A stretch of 64,000 nucleotides of DNA, taken from positions 53,261-117,260 of the forward strand of contig JANQQP010000004.1 in assembly GCA_028285005.1 (NCBI GenBank). The letters are read 5' to 3'. This DNA is from Dehalococcoidia bacterium. GTDB lineage: Bacteria; Chloroflexota; Dehalococcoidia; Lucifugimonadales; Lucifugimonadaceae. A program made the translations under genes and the position numbers. This document shows, one piece after another, positions 40,525-49,302 of the stretch (within the stretch, counting starts at the first letter, position 1; every line of letters begins with the position of its first letter). Below the pieces are notes generated by a model. It made no database searches. It was given only the letters and a program-made list of their open reading frames with translations, and was not told where the DNA came from.

Positions 40525-40754
40525 TCTCCCGCCACTTTCTGCTTGACTCGTTAATGCTGCTGTCGCAGCCTGTTGGAGCGCATCCTGCGGCCTATCCGGT
40601 TCCGGTGCGTTTGTGGTCATGTGGGTGTTCCGACGCCCAGTTTTCGGTGAAACTCCACATGGCAACACTGGACGAGGGCGGATATCAATCACTAGAACTT
40701 AATCGCGGTTGTGAGCTGACGGTTAGTTTCATCCTGATTCTTCAGTGGAGTGAC

Positions 40755-41600
40755 ATGGTCCAGCAACCACATCAACAACCCGGCCGTCCGTTCGGTGAGC
40801 TGAAATCTGCGGCTGTTAAAGCGGCACTTGACGGCAACTGGGAAGAGGCTGTCAAGCTTAACCACGAGGCCGTGGCATCGGCACCTGAAGACGCAGGTAG
40901 CTACAACCGGTTGGCTACCGCTCTGATCGAACTGGGACGTTACTCAGACGCGAAGCAGGCCGCCGAGAAGGCGCTTTCACTCAGCCCCGACAACAAGATC
41001 GCTCGCAAACATGTAGACAGACTGTCCCAACTCGCCGGTGAGGTGGCTGTGACTCCCGTGACGTCAGGATCACGCGCTGCGGTCAGATTCATCACAGATT
41101 CCGCCAAGGCCACAGTCACAGAGCTGATCAACCCGGCCGGATCTCGTGTGCTGGCCACCGTTGCGCCCGGCCAGGAACTTCATATGAGTGACAACGGCAT
41201 TCGTATGGAGTTGCATACTCGTGCCGGTGAGAGGATCGGCACCCTCGAAGTGCACATCGCTCAACGGGTACGGAACCTCTGCGAGAAGGGCAATGGGTAC
41301 GAATTCAGCGTCGCCAAGCTATCGGAGTCGGCTATCGCCGTGATGATCGCTGAGACTCATTGCGCTCCAGGGATGACATCAGTCGTCTCTTTTCCGCCCG
41401 CGTTGCAGAAGTCGGTCAGTGATATCGACCTTGAAGACGAGGTGCTGGACACCGAAGATGACGGCCTTGAAGTGGTGGATGTGGAAGACGACGACGAGGT
41501 TGTAAGGCCCGAAGCTGAACGGTCCGAGCGATTGAAGTCAATCATGTCCGGTCGACTTGGTGGAGCCTACGGAATCGAAGACGAAGGGCTCAGCATATAG
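40755..41600 (+). CDS. TPR-repeat protein with acidic C-terminal tail, unknown function
   Basis: The ATG at 40755 is preceded by GGAG. The N-terminus has TPR-like repeats (GNWEEAVKLNHEAVASAPEDAGSYNRLATALIELGRYSDAKQAAEKALSLSPDN). The C-terminus is a D/E-rich tract (DLEDEVLDTEDDGLEVVDVEDDDEVV). The ORF track start (40554) adds an implausible leader. Confidence 0.6.
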   Translation: MVQQPHQQPGRPFGELKSAAVKAALDGNWEEAVKLNHEAVASAPEDAGSYNRLATALIELGRYSDAKQAAEKALSLSPDNKIARKHVDRLSQLAGEVAVTPVTSGSRAAVRFITDSAKATVTELINPAGSRVLATVAPGQELHMSDNGIRMELHTRAGERIGTLEVHIAQRVRNLCEKGNGYEFSVAKLSESAIAVMIAETHCAPGMTSVVSFPPALQKSVSDIDLEDEVLDTEDDGLEVVDVEDDDEVVRPEAERSERLKSIMSGRLGGAYGIEDEGLSI

Positions 41601-41612
41601 TCCGGATGCCGC

Positions 41613-42950
41613 TCAAGCGTAGCCCGCGCGAACCAAAACCCTGCGCAGCGCCGCCACGAACTTCTCCAGGTCCTCATCTGTGTGCACCGCTGAGACGTTT
41701 CCAGCGCAACGGTTCGACATCAATATTCCTTCATTCAGCAGCCCGGTAAAGACCGTCTGTAGCATCTGCTTATCGTTGGTGGCATAACTGCGATAGTCGG
41801 TGACCGCTTCCGTGGTGAACTGCAGCGCGAATAGAGATGTCGCGCCAGTGACTCCCATCGGTACCTCGAGCTCGGCGATCAAGTCCCGAATCATCTGCCT
41901 GAGCTTCTCGCCTTTTCTCTCCAGTTCTTCATAGACCTCGGGAGTTAGCAACTCCAGGGTTGCGACACCGGCTGCCGCAGTCATCGGGTTTCCGTTGAAG
42001 GTGCCTGCGTGCTGAACGAAATCGGGGCCGTGGTTTGGGTCCCAGAGGTTCATGATCTCGTCTTTGCCACCGAACGCGCCGACGGGCAGGCCACCGCCGA
42101 TCACCTTGCCGAAGCAGGTCATGTCTGGCGTGATTCCGTACCACTCCTGCGCTCCACCGCGTGCCGCTCGGAAGGAGATCACTTCATCGAATATGAGCGG
42201 AATATCCAGCTCATTGGTCAGGTCTCGGAGCAGCTGGAGAAACTCCGGCTTTGCGGGGATCATGCCGCACTGACCGTTAATCGGCTCAACGATCACAGCC
42301 GCAAGTTCGTCCGCTCTCGATCGGATGATCTGTTCAGCGGCATCGAGGTTGTTGTACGGCATGATGATGATGTCATCAGCGGCGCCGGGGTTGATGCCAG
42401 GGAACATGACGACCGGATCAGGTCGTTCAGCGTTGCCAGCCTTGTCTACAGGTGGCGTTACTGAGATCTGGATCGCGTCGTGGTTGCCGTGATACGCGCC
42501 TTCGCACTTGGCGACGAGAGTCTTGCCGGTATAGGCGCGAACAGCTCGAATAGCGTTGAGCGTGGCCTCGGTGCCGGAATTTACGAAACGGATCTTGTCC
42601 AGGGACGGCACTCGCTCACACAGGATTTCCGCCCACTTGATTGCTGACGGTGCAGGCGCCGGATAGCTCGCACCGTGGTCGACTTGATCGTGGAGCGCCG
42701 CTACCACGTCAGGGTGTCGATGGCCCATGATGAGCGTGGTCATGTTGTTCACGAAATCGGTGCGGACGTTGCCGTCGACGTCGGTTAACTGGGTGCCCTC
42801 AGCGTGTTTGATGTAGACCGGGAACGGGTTCCAGAATATGGAGTTGCGAGTGTCGCCGCCTGGCAGCACTTCGGCCGCACGTTCGTGCATCTGCTTCGAC
42901 TTCGGGTTGGCCTCGGTGTAGGTGGCTATCTCGGTATCAAGAGCGGTCAT
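41613..42950 (-). CDS. class III aminotransferase, glutamate-1-semialdehyde aminomutase-like paralogue
   Basis: NSGTEATLNAIRAVRAY, FDEVISFR and FGKVIGGGLPVGAFGG (with the PLP lysine) are present. The N-terminal PGGDTRNS differs from the canonical HemL PGGVNSPVR, so it is not called hemL. Confidence 0.85.
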   Translation of the reverse strand: MTALDTEIATYTEANPKSKQMHERAAEVLPGGDTRNSIFWNPFPVYIKHAEGTQLTDVDGNVRTDFVNNMTTLIMGHRHPDVVAALHDQVDHGASYPAPAPSAIKWAEILCERVPSLDKIRFVNSGTEATLNAIRAVRAYTGKTLVAKCEGAYHGNHDAIQISVTPPVDKAGNAERPDPVVMFPGINPGAADDIIIMPYNNLDAAEQIIRSRADELAAVIVEPINGQCGMIPAKPEFLQLLRDLTNELDIPLIFDEVISFRAARGGAQEWYGITPDMTCFGKVIGGGLPVGAFGGKDEIMNLWDPNHGPDFVQHAGTFNGNPMTAAAGVATLELLTPEVYEELERKGEKLRQMIRDLIAELEVPMGVTGATSLFALQFTTEAVTDYRSYATNDKQMLQTVFTGLLNEGILMSNRCAGNVSAVHTDEDLEKFVAALRRVLVRAGYA

Positions 42951-43003
42951 GCCTGTCTTCCCGCCGACTGTGTTGTGGGTTTAGGTGAGGCGTATCGTAC
43001 TGC

Positions 43004-43747
43004 TCATTCGTTCGCCGCGATATCTCCCGAGACCTGCACGGCGGAAGTAGCGAAGATTTCTGCCAGCTGATCCAGTGCCTCGCCAGCCGTTGCTCGAACT
43101 ACGACATCGCATATAGACGTCAGCTTAGTCTCGAAGGGATTGATTTCGATCAGTTTGGCTCCTTGAGACTTAGCGATCCATAGGAGTCCGCTGGCAGGTC
43201 TCACAGATGCCGATGTTCCGATGGCAACAACGCAGGTAGCGAGGTCTATCTGTGCACGGGCCGCCTGCATTGTGTCTTCAGGTATCGGCTCGCCGAACAT
43301 GACGGTATCGAACTTGACCGTGTCTCCGCACTCCGCGCAGGGCTCGGGGGGTTCGACAGGCACGAAATCACCGAGCGACTCCCTCTCGCCGCAGCCGAGG
43401 CACCGCAAGCGGCTCCGGTTGCCGTGGATCTCGATCAGGTTCTGCAGACCTGCCTTGAGATCCAGTCCATCGATGTTCTGCGTGATGACATGATTGAGCG
43501 CTCCGGCTTCTTCGAGCGCAGTCAGCGCGTGATGTCCTGGGTGTGGCTCGGCTGCTATGAGGGCGTCGCGAAGCTCGACCATGTGGGCGTCCATCTGCCG
43601 GTTGACCTGCTTCTGCCACCAGCCGACGGGGTCGGCGCGGAAGCGCTTGAACCCGTCCATCGGCGGCTGTCCGTAGCGCGTCCACAGGCCGTCCTTGCCG
43701 CGGAACGTCGGTATGCCGCTCTCGACCGACATGCCGGCGCCGGTCAT
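43004..43747 (-). CDS. cobB: NAD-dependent protein deacylase, Sir2 family (CobB-like)
   Basis: TGAGMSVESGIPTFRG, ITQNIDGL, a Zn ribbon (CLGC...CAEC) and VVAIGTSASV are present. The homologous sequence continues upstream of the first ATG, so the true start is probably upstream and non-canonical (see findings). Confidence 0.85.
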   Translation of the reverse strand: MTGAGMSVESGIPTFRGKDGLWTRYGQPPMDGFKRFRADPVGWWQKQVNRQMDAHMVELRDALIAAEPHPGHHALTALEEAGALNHVITQNIDGLDLKAGLQNLIEIHGNRSRLRCLGCGERESLGDFVPVEPPEPCAECGDTVKFDTVMFGEPIPEDTMQAARAQIDLATCVVAIGTSASVRPASGLLWIAKSQGAKLIEINPFETKLTSICDVVVRATAGEALDQLAEIFATSAVQVSGDIAANE

Positions 43748-43817
43748 CGCGACAACGTAGGAGCTACCGTGGATCAGCTCCGCAGCCTGATGAATGTCCG
43801 CCTGAATGCCGTTCTTC

Positions 43818-45026
43818 TCAACCTGCGACAGGTGTCACCTTGCCTTCCCGTACGCTGTACTGCGCTGCGGTCTCCAGGAACTCGCCAGATATGGCGCCGA
43901 GCTCGGCCGATGTCAGCAGAACCTGCTCGAATTTGGTGGCATGCTCCAGCACGAGGCGCCGCCTGCCCGGGTCAAGCTCAGAAAGGATGTCGTCGAGCGC
44001 TAGCACCGGCGCGCGGCCTGTGAACGATTCGACAACGGACGCCTCCGACATCTTGAGCGCAAGTGCGATGATCCTGGCCTGCCCGCGTGAAGCGAACGAC
44101 GCAGCCATCTGCCCATTCAGTTCAATCGAGAGATCATCACGGTGCGGGCCGACCACAGTCACTCCCTGCCCGGTTTCTCGTCTGCGAGCGTTCTCAAGCC
44201 CTTGTGTGAGGGTCTGGACTAACTCGCTATGCGATGAGAGGTCCGGCGATGCATCCCCCGGGCCCGATTCTGTCAGTTGCGGCATGTACGTAAGACTCAG
44301 GGAGTCTCCGTCCGTAAGTTCATCGTGCGTGGGAATGGCCACGGAGCTCAGCTTCTGCACTGCCTGGTGACGCTCCTGCACGATCTCAGCGCCTTCATAG
44401 GCCAGTCGCTCGTCCCAGAACGACATCTCGTCGTTGGTCGCCGATCCCTCTCTGATACGTCGCAACAGGTGGTTTCGTTGCGTCACTACCTTCGAGTAGC
44501 GCTGCAGGGACTTCAGGTAGGTGGGATGGCTCTGTGAAATCAGGATATCGAGGTAGCGGCGCCTGGTTGACGGCGAGCCAAGGATGATCTCCAGGTCATC
44601 CGCCTCGAAGAACACGACGTTGAGGTGTCCGACGAAATCGGAAGAGTTGCGCACGATGCCGTTGAGCCTGAGCGATTTACGGTAGCCGTTGCCACTGCCA
44701 GTCGCCGAAACATCGAAATCTATTTGTGCCTGAACGGTCTGATCGCCTTCTCTTCCGACTCCGAGCACCTGAACGTGCCCTCCAGAGTCAGCCAACCGCC
44801 AGTTGATCAACTCTCTCTCACTTGAAGTACGGGGAGACTTGGCTATCGCCAGCATGTACACGGCTTCGAGCAGGTTGCTTTTGCCGTGGCCGTTTTCGCC
44901 TTCGAAGACGTTGAGTCCAGGCGAAAGTTCGAGAGTGGTCTGAGTATGATTCCTGAAGCCTGTGAGAGACAGGCGCGCAATGTGGATCTTTGTGCTCCCG
45001 GCGAAAGTCGCGGCTTCTGGCTGCAT
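43818..45026 (-). CDS. recF: DNA replication and repair protein RecF
   Basis: RLSLTGFRNH, the Walker A motif FEGENGHGKSNLLEAV, the signature-like SRGQARIIALALKM and the Walker B motif VLALDDILSELD are present. The ATG at 45026 was chosen; the ORF track extends 58 codons further without homology. Confidence 0.9.
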   Translation of the reverse strand: MQPEAATFAGSTKIHIARLSLTGFRNHTQTTLELSPGLNVFEGENGHGKSNLLEAVYMLAIAKSPRTSSERELINWRLADSGGHVQVLGVGREGDQTVQAQIDFDVSATGSGNGYRKSLRLNGIVRNSSDFVGHLNVVFFEADDLEIILGSPSTRRRYLDILISQSHPTYLKSLQRYSKVVTQRNHLLRRIREGSATNDEMSFWDERLAYEGAEIVQERHQAVQKLSSVAIPTHDELTDGDSLSLTYMPQLTESGPGDASPDLSSHSELVQTLTQGLENARRRETGQGVTVVGPHRDDLSIELNGQMAASFASRGQARIIALALKMSEASVVESFTGRAPVLALDDILSELDPGRRRLVLEHATKFEQVLLTSAELGAISGEFLETAAQYSVREGKVTPVAG

Positions 45027-45157
45027 CGAGAAAGGCGTCGGGCTGAATCTGATTGCAGCGGATAACGATTCTACCAACTGAGGCTTGAGTTCCGGCGCTC
45101 CTGTAGCACCGTGGCGTAGTGGGCGGCATCTAAGCCCAGAAGAGCAGCCATCGATCA

Positions 45158-46294
45158 GTGGTAGGAGCGATTCCGGCGGCTTTGATATCGAAGTATTCAA
45201 GCTATATCGTCATAGCCGTCGTTGTTGCGTTCGGTGTCTTTCTTGTCTGGCAGATAACGAACTCCAGCCTGTTGACGCGAATACTCAACCGGACAGAGAC
45301 GATCACCGTGACGGGAACCAATGGCTCATCTTCATCCGTGATGAGCCGCGAGTTCGACCTCGTCACGCTTCTTCCATTCGACGCCATACGCTCGATCGAG
45401 GACCCAATTCACCTCGAGCGCGCAAGAGCAGATGAGCTCTACAAGCCTGATGAACTAGTGCTGGGTGTTGAAATCGACGGCGACGCAAGAGCGTATTCGG
45501 TTCCACTGCTGAGCAGGCACGAGGTCGTGAACGATGTTGTCGGAGGTCAACCGGTCGCCGTTACCTGGTGACCGCTCTGCTTTACTGGAATCGGGTATTC
45601 CAGAGAGATCGACGGGCAGATACTCGAGTTCGGAGTGTCCGGCAAGCTGATCAATAACGCACTGGTGATGTACGACCGCGAGACGCGCTCTCTGTGGAGC
45701 CAGTTCCTCTCTTTCAGTGTCCAGGGTGAGTTCGAAGGAACGCCGTTGGAGCCAGTTCCACTGGTTTTGACCACATGGGAGCAGTGGACGGCGCAGCACC
45801 CAGAAACCGTCGCTCTGCGAAAACCAAGCTCCTCGTCCCGTGATCAGTACGAGGGTTACTACCTCAACAACGATGCCGGTGTTATCGGTGAGAAGATCGG
45901 TGACAATCGCCTCGACCGCAAGGAACTTGTACTGGGACTCGGGTTCGACGATGGTCCAAAGGCCTTCCCGCACTCGGAGCTTGAGAAGACTCGAGTTGTG
46001 AACGACGAAGCTGCTGGCCAAAAAACCGTCGTCTACTACCAGACCGAATCCTCGACCGCGCTGGCCTACGGTAGGGAAGTCGATGGCCAGGAGCTGACAT
46101 TCCGGCTTGAGAGCTCAGGTGGCCAGGAGTGGTTGGTCGACCTCGAGACAGGCACGCGCTGGTTGCCTTTCACGGGTCAGGCGGTTGAAGGTCCGCTCTT
46201 GGGTAGTTCACTGCCACGACGGCATGCGGTCAACGTGTTCTGGTTCGCATGGACTGACTTCTATCCGGAGACTGAGCTGTTTGGCGTCTCCTGA
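45158..46294 (+). CDS. DUF3179-family membrane-anchored protein, candidate selenoprotein (in-frame TGA at 45569-45571 read as Sec)
   Basis: Two track ORFs (45158..45571 and 45635..46294) share one frame and are separated by a single TGA. The read-through product is ...HEVVNDVVGGQPVAVTW-U-PLCFTGIGYSREIDGQILEFGVSGKLINNALVMYDRETRSLWSQ..., which is continuous DUF3179-like sequence. The N-terminus has a TM helix (YIVIAVVVAFGVFLVW). Confidence 0.7.
45575..45607 (+). promoter_or_regulatory. candidate bacterial SECIS hairpin downstream of the DUF3179 UGA
   Basis: The mRNA reads UGA-CCG-CUCU-GCUUUA-CUGGAAU-CGGGU-AUUCCAG-AGAG. A perfect 7-bp upper stem and a 4-bp lower stem are separated by a 6-nt 5' bulge. 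The G/U-containing apical loop starts 21 nt after the UGA. Confidence 0.5.
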
Positions 46295-46393
46295 TCCGGT
46301 GCTCGATGAGCCGGGTTTCCACGGTAGAATTGGCTCCCCGACACGCGATGTGGTCTCGTGTCGTCTGCAGCAAAAAGGTTCGAACACCGACCG

Positions 46394-46927
46394 ATGACGT
46401 CACCTACCAGTGAGCTTGATTTGAAGCAGTGGATCCGGGACGTGCCGGACCACCCGCAGCCTGGAATTCTCTTCAGAGACTTGAGCCCGCTGATGGCGAA
46501 TCCTGTGGCGATGCGCTACGTGACTGACCGGTTTGTTGAGCACGTGGAAGAGAAGCGGGCTGACGCCATCGCAGCGATCGATGCACGCGGCTTCATTTTC
46601 GCCGCACCCGTTGCAGTGCAAGCAGGGCGGCCCTTCATACCGCTCAGAAAGCCCGGCAAGCTACCTCCCGAAGTGATCGGCGCCGACTACGAACTGGAGT
46701 ACGGTTCCGCACGACTCGAGGCCCGGCACGACGCCATAGTTCCGGGCCAGCGTGTCGTGATCGTCGATGATCTGCTAGCTACCGGTGGTACCGCTGCAGC
46801 TGCCGCCAGGTTGCTGGCCGAGCTAGGGGCTGATGTGGTCTCGTTCGCGTTCGTAGTTGAACTCACTTTTTTGAATGGCACAGACGCTTTGAGTGGCGTT
46901 GAGGTGTTCAGATTGGTGCAGTACTGA
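46394..46927 (+). CDS. apt: adenine phosphoribosyltransferase
   Basis: IRDVPDHPQPGILFRDLSPL and the PRPP motif VVIVDDLLATGGTAAAA are present. The ATG at 46394 fits the usual 170-180 aa length. Confidence 0.92.
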   Translation: MTSPTSELDLKQWIRDVPDHPQPGILFRDLSPLMANPVAMRYVTDRFVEHVEEKRADAIAAIDARGFIFAAPVAVQAGRPFIPLRKPGKLPPEVIGADYELEYGSARLEARHDAIVPGQRVVIVDDLLATGGTAAAAARLLAELGADVVSFAFVVELTFLNGTDALSGVEVFRLVQY

Positions 46928-46973
46928 GCGAGTTTAGACGCTTGAGATTTGTACACAAGGGATTCGAGTCTCG

Positions 46974-47774
46974 ATGAGTACTGAGCGAACGTCTGGAAAG
47001 CCGGCTGTGACGCTGGATCTTTGGCTCACGCTGATTGCTGAGTTGGACGGCTCGCAGAGATCGCAGAAGCGATACGAAACGAGGGCGCAGCTGGCGGGTG
47101 AGGTTCTCGAAGGGTTCGATCTTGGAGTTCCCGAACAGCAGCTACTCGATGCCAGCCAGCAGATCAGTCAGATGGTCACGTCCGATCATGATCTAGGGGT
47201 CGATCTGGACTTCAATGACCGTGTGGCACAGATGCTGTCGATCGTGGACGACCAGGTGGTTGAACGACTCGGCGAGACGGGACTCAAGGCTGTGGCTGAC
47301 GCGGTGGACCGGGCTTTTCTCGACAATCCGCCATCGTTCTTACCCGGCTCGAAAGATGTGCTTGCGCAGCTCAACGATATGGATCTCAATGTTGCGCTGA
47401 TCTCGAACACCGGACTCACCTCTGCCACGGCTTACAGAGAATGGTTTCGTGCCGAAGGCGTACTGGACATGTTCGATGAACTGACATTCTCGAACGAGAT
47501 AGCGTGCGCCAAGCCGAATCCTGACATCTTCTGTCCGACGCTTGAGAGCGTCGGGTCCGTGGCTGCATATGGTCTGCACATTGGCGACAATCTCTTGACC
47601 GATATTTCAGGTGCCGCTGGCATCGGCATGAAGACTGGCTGGATTGCCGGTCACGATGACCGCGAGCCGATGGTGCAGCCTGACTACACGTTGAGTTCGA
47701 TCGTGGATCTGCCGGAGGTCATCGGGCACTGGCTCGATGATCGGGCGGCGAAAGACGGCGCTGACTCGGAGTAG
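46974..47774 (+). CDS. HAD-superfamily hydrolase
   Basis: Motif I-like VTLDLWLTLI, motif II ALISNTG and motif IV HIGDNLLTDISGA are present. The specificity is unknown. Confidence 0.78.
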   Translation: MSTERTSGKPAVTLDLWLTLIAELDGSQRSQKRYETRAQLAGEVLEGFDLGVPEQQLLDASQQISQMVTSDHDLGVDLDFNDRVAQMLSIVDDQVVERLGETGLKAVADAVDRAFLDNPPSFLPGSKDVLAQLNDMDLNVALISNTGLTSATAYREWFRAEGVLDMFDELTFSNEIACAKPNPDIFCPTLESVGSVAAYGLHIGDNLLTDISGAAGIGMKTGWIAGHDDREPMVQPDYTLSSIVDLPEVIGHWLDDRAAKDGADSE

Positions 47775-47778
47775 AGCT

Positions 47779-48300
47779 ATGAACACCGCAGACGTTCTGC
47801 GAGATTCGTTTCAGAGAGTCCGCGACCAGCTGTCAGTCGTGTTTGATGGGTTATCTGAAGAGCAACTGGCGTACCGTCCGCACGAGGACGCCAACTCGAT
47901 CGCCTGGCTCGCGTGGCATCTGACCAGGGTGCATGACGACCACATGTCAGAGATTGCGGGTGAGCAGCAGGCCTGGGTAGCAGACGGCTGGGCTCAGCGG
48001 TTCAGCATGGAGCCGGATCCACACAACCAGGGGACCGGTCACGGGCCTGCCGAGGTTGCTGCGATTAGACCCGATTCCCGTCTGCTGCTCGGATACCAGG
48101 ACGCAGTGCTGGCTCACACTTTCGAGTACCTGGGAGCGATCACGCCGGAAGAGCTGGACCGAGTGATCGACACGCGATGGGACCCTCCAGTGACCGTCGG
48201 CGTGCGGATAGTCAGTGTGATCAACGACAGCACTGAACACGCGGGACAGACCGTCTACCTGCGCGGTCTGGTCGAGAAGCGTCGCTGGTACTTCGTCTAG
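47779..48300 (+). CDS. DinB-family (DUF664-type) four-helix-bundle protein
   Basis: The ATG at 47779 is preceded by GGAG. A DinB-like His pattern is present (AWLAWHLTRVHDDH ... DSTEHAGQ). Confidence 0.78.
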   Translation: MNTADVLRDSFQRVRDQLSVVFDGLSEEQLAYRPHEDANSIAWLAWHLTRVHDDHMSEIAGEQQAWVADGWAQRFSMEPDPHNQGTGHGPAEVAAIRPDSRLLLGYQDAVLAHTFEYLGAITPEELDRVIDTRWDPPVTVGVRIVSVINDSTEHAGQTVYLRGLVEKRRWYFV

Positions 48301-48309
48301 AGGCTTGAA

Positions 48310-49116
48310 CTACGCCATCACCTGGCCGCCATCGCACTGAATCACCTGGCCGGTGATGTTGCTGGCGTCGTCAGAGGCCAGGAAAGCTGCGAGCGCGCCA
48401 ATGTCTGAGGGCGTCTGTGGACGGCCAAGTGGGATCACCTCTTTCGCCGCAGCTTCGAACACCTCGTAGCGGTCCTTGCCGACAACTGATGTGTCGCCCT
48501 GTTTCTCGCGTTCCGACATCCAGTCCTGGTGGAATGCCGTCCAGATGCGTCCCGGCGCGATGGCGTTCGAGTTGATGTTCTCTGCCGCGAACTCGCGAGC
48601 CACGGCCTGCGTGTATGCGATGACCGCCATCTTCGTCGTGCCGTAGTAGGCGGTGACGTAACGAGCCGCTTTTGCAGCGACCGATGAGATGTTGACGATC
48701 TTGCCGTACTTGCGTTCTCGCATGTGAGGCAGAACGGCCTCCGTAACATCAGACAGGCCCTTGACATTCACTTTCCAGGTGAACTCCCAGTCAACGTCTC
48801 GGAACGCGACTCCGGTCGAGCCTGGTGCGCCTGCGACACCAGCGTTGTTCACGAGAACGTCGATCTGACCTGCCTCGGAGAGGATCTTTCCGACTGCAGA
48901 GTCGATGCTTTCCTTGTCCGTCACGTCCATCCTGGCGGTGTAGGCTTTGCGACCCAGCGCTCGGACCTGCTCAGCGGCGTTTTCTGCGTTCTCTTCGCTC
49001 AGATCTGCGATGGCGATGTCAGCTCCCTGTTCAGCCATGCGAAGAGCGATTCCGAGGCCAAGCCCCTGGCCGCCTCCTGTTACGAGCGCAACTTTTCCGC
49101 TTAGGTCTGCGAGCAT
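48310..49116 (-). CDS. short-chain dehydrogenase/reductase (SDR)
   Basis: TGGGQGLGLGIA (TGxxxGxG), NNAGV and the catalytic YGTTKMAV (YxxxK) are present. Confidence 0.9.
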   Translation of the reverse strand: MLADLSGKVALVTGGGQGLGLGIALRMAEQGADIAIADLSEENAENAAEQVRALGRKAYTARMDVTDKESIDSAVGKILSEAGQIDVLVNNAGVAGAPGSTGVAFRDVDWEFTWKVNVKGLSDVTEAVLPHMRERKYGKIVNISSVAAKAARYVTAYYGTTKMAVIAYTQAVAREFAAENINSNAIAPGRIWTAFHQDWMSEREKQGDTSVVGKDRYEVFEAAAKEVIPLGRPQTPSDIGALAAFLASDDASNITGQVIQCDGGQVMA

Positions 49117-49302
49117 TTTCAGTTCCTCTGATTTGTAGGTCTTGTGGGGTTCGGGCGTAACACTGCCGGAAGAGGCAGTGCATCTTAACCCGCTCTCTCC
49201 GTGTTCGCCGGAACCTTTCGATCGCAGTTCGTCCTTTCAGCCACTGGCGCTGTCACGGGTTAAGATGTGGCCTCCAACCCGCAATTCAGCTTAGGAGCAA
49301 GT

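Noticed and set aside
43004-43747. Sir2-domain gene as part of a defence system (Thoeris ThsA, DSR or SIR2-HerA type)
   Set aside because: It is a compact sirtuin of about 250-270 aa with the four-Cys zinc ribbon and standard catalytic blocks, and it has no fused or adjacent effector or sensor genes. It looks like a housekeeping CobB-type deacylase.
45027-45200. 58-codon N-terminal extension of recF given by the ORF track
   Set aside because: RecF homology starts at IHIARLSLTGFRN. The extension would overlap the divergent DUF3179 gene start and has no similarity to RecF.
45569-45634. Reading the DUF3179 locus as a pseudogene or as two separate genes
   Set aside because: Only one stop interrupts the frame. 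The 21 codons between the two track ORFs continue the family-typical sequence (PLCFTGIGYSREIDGQILEFGVSG). The stop is a TGA exactly at a Cys position, and a hairpin follows. Selenocysteine fits better, though it remains unproven.
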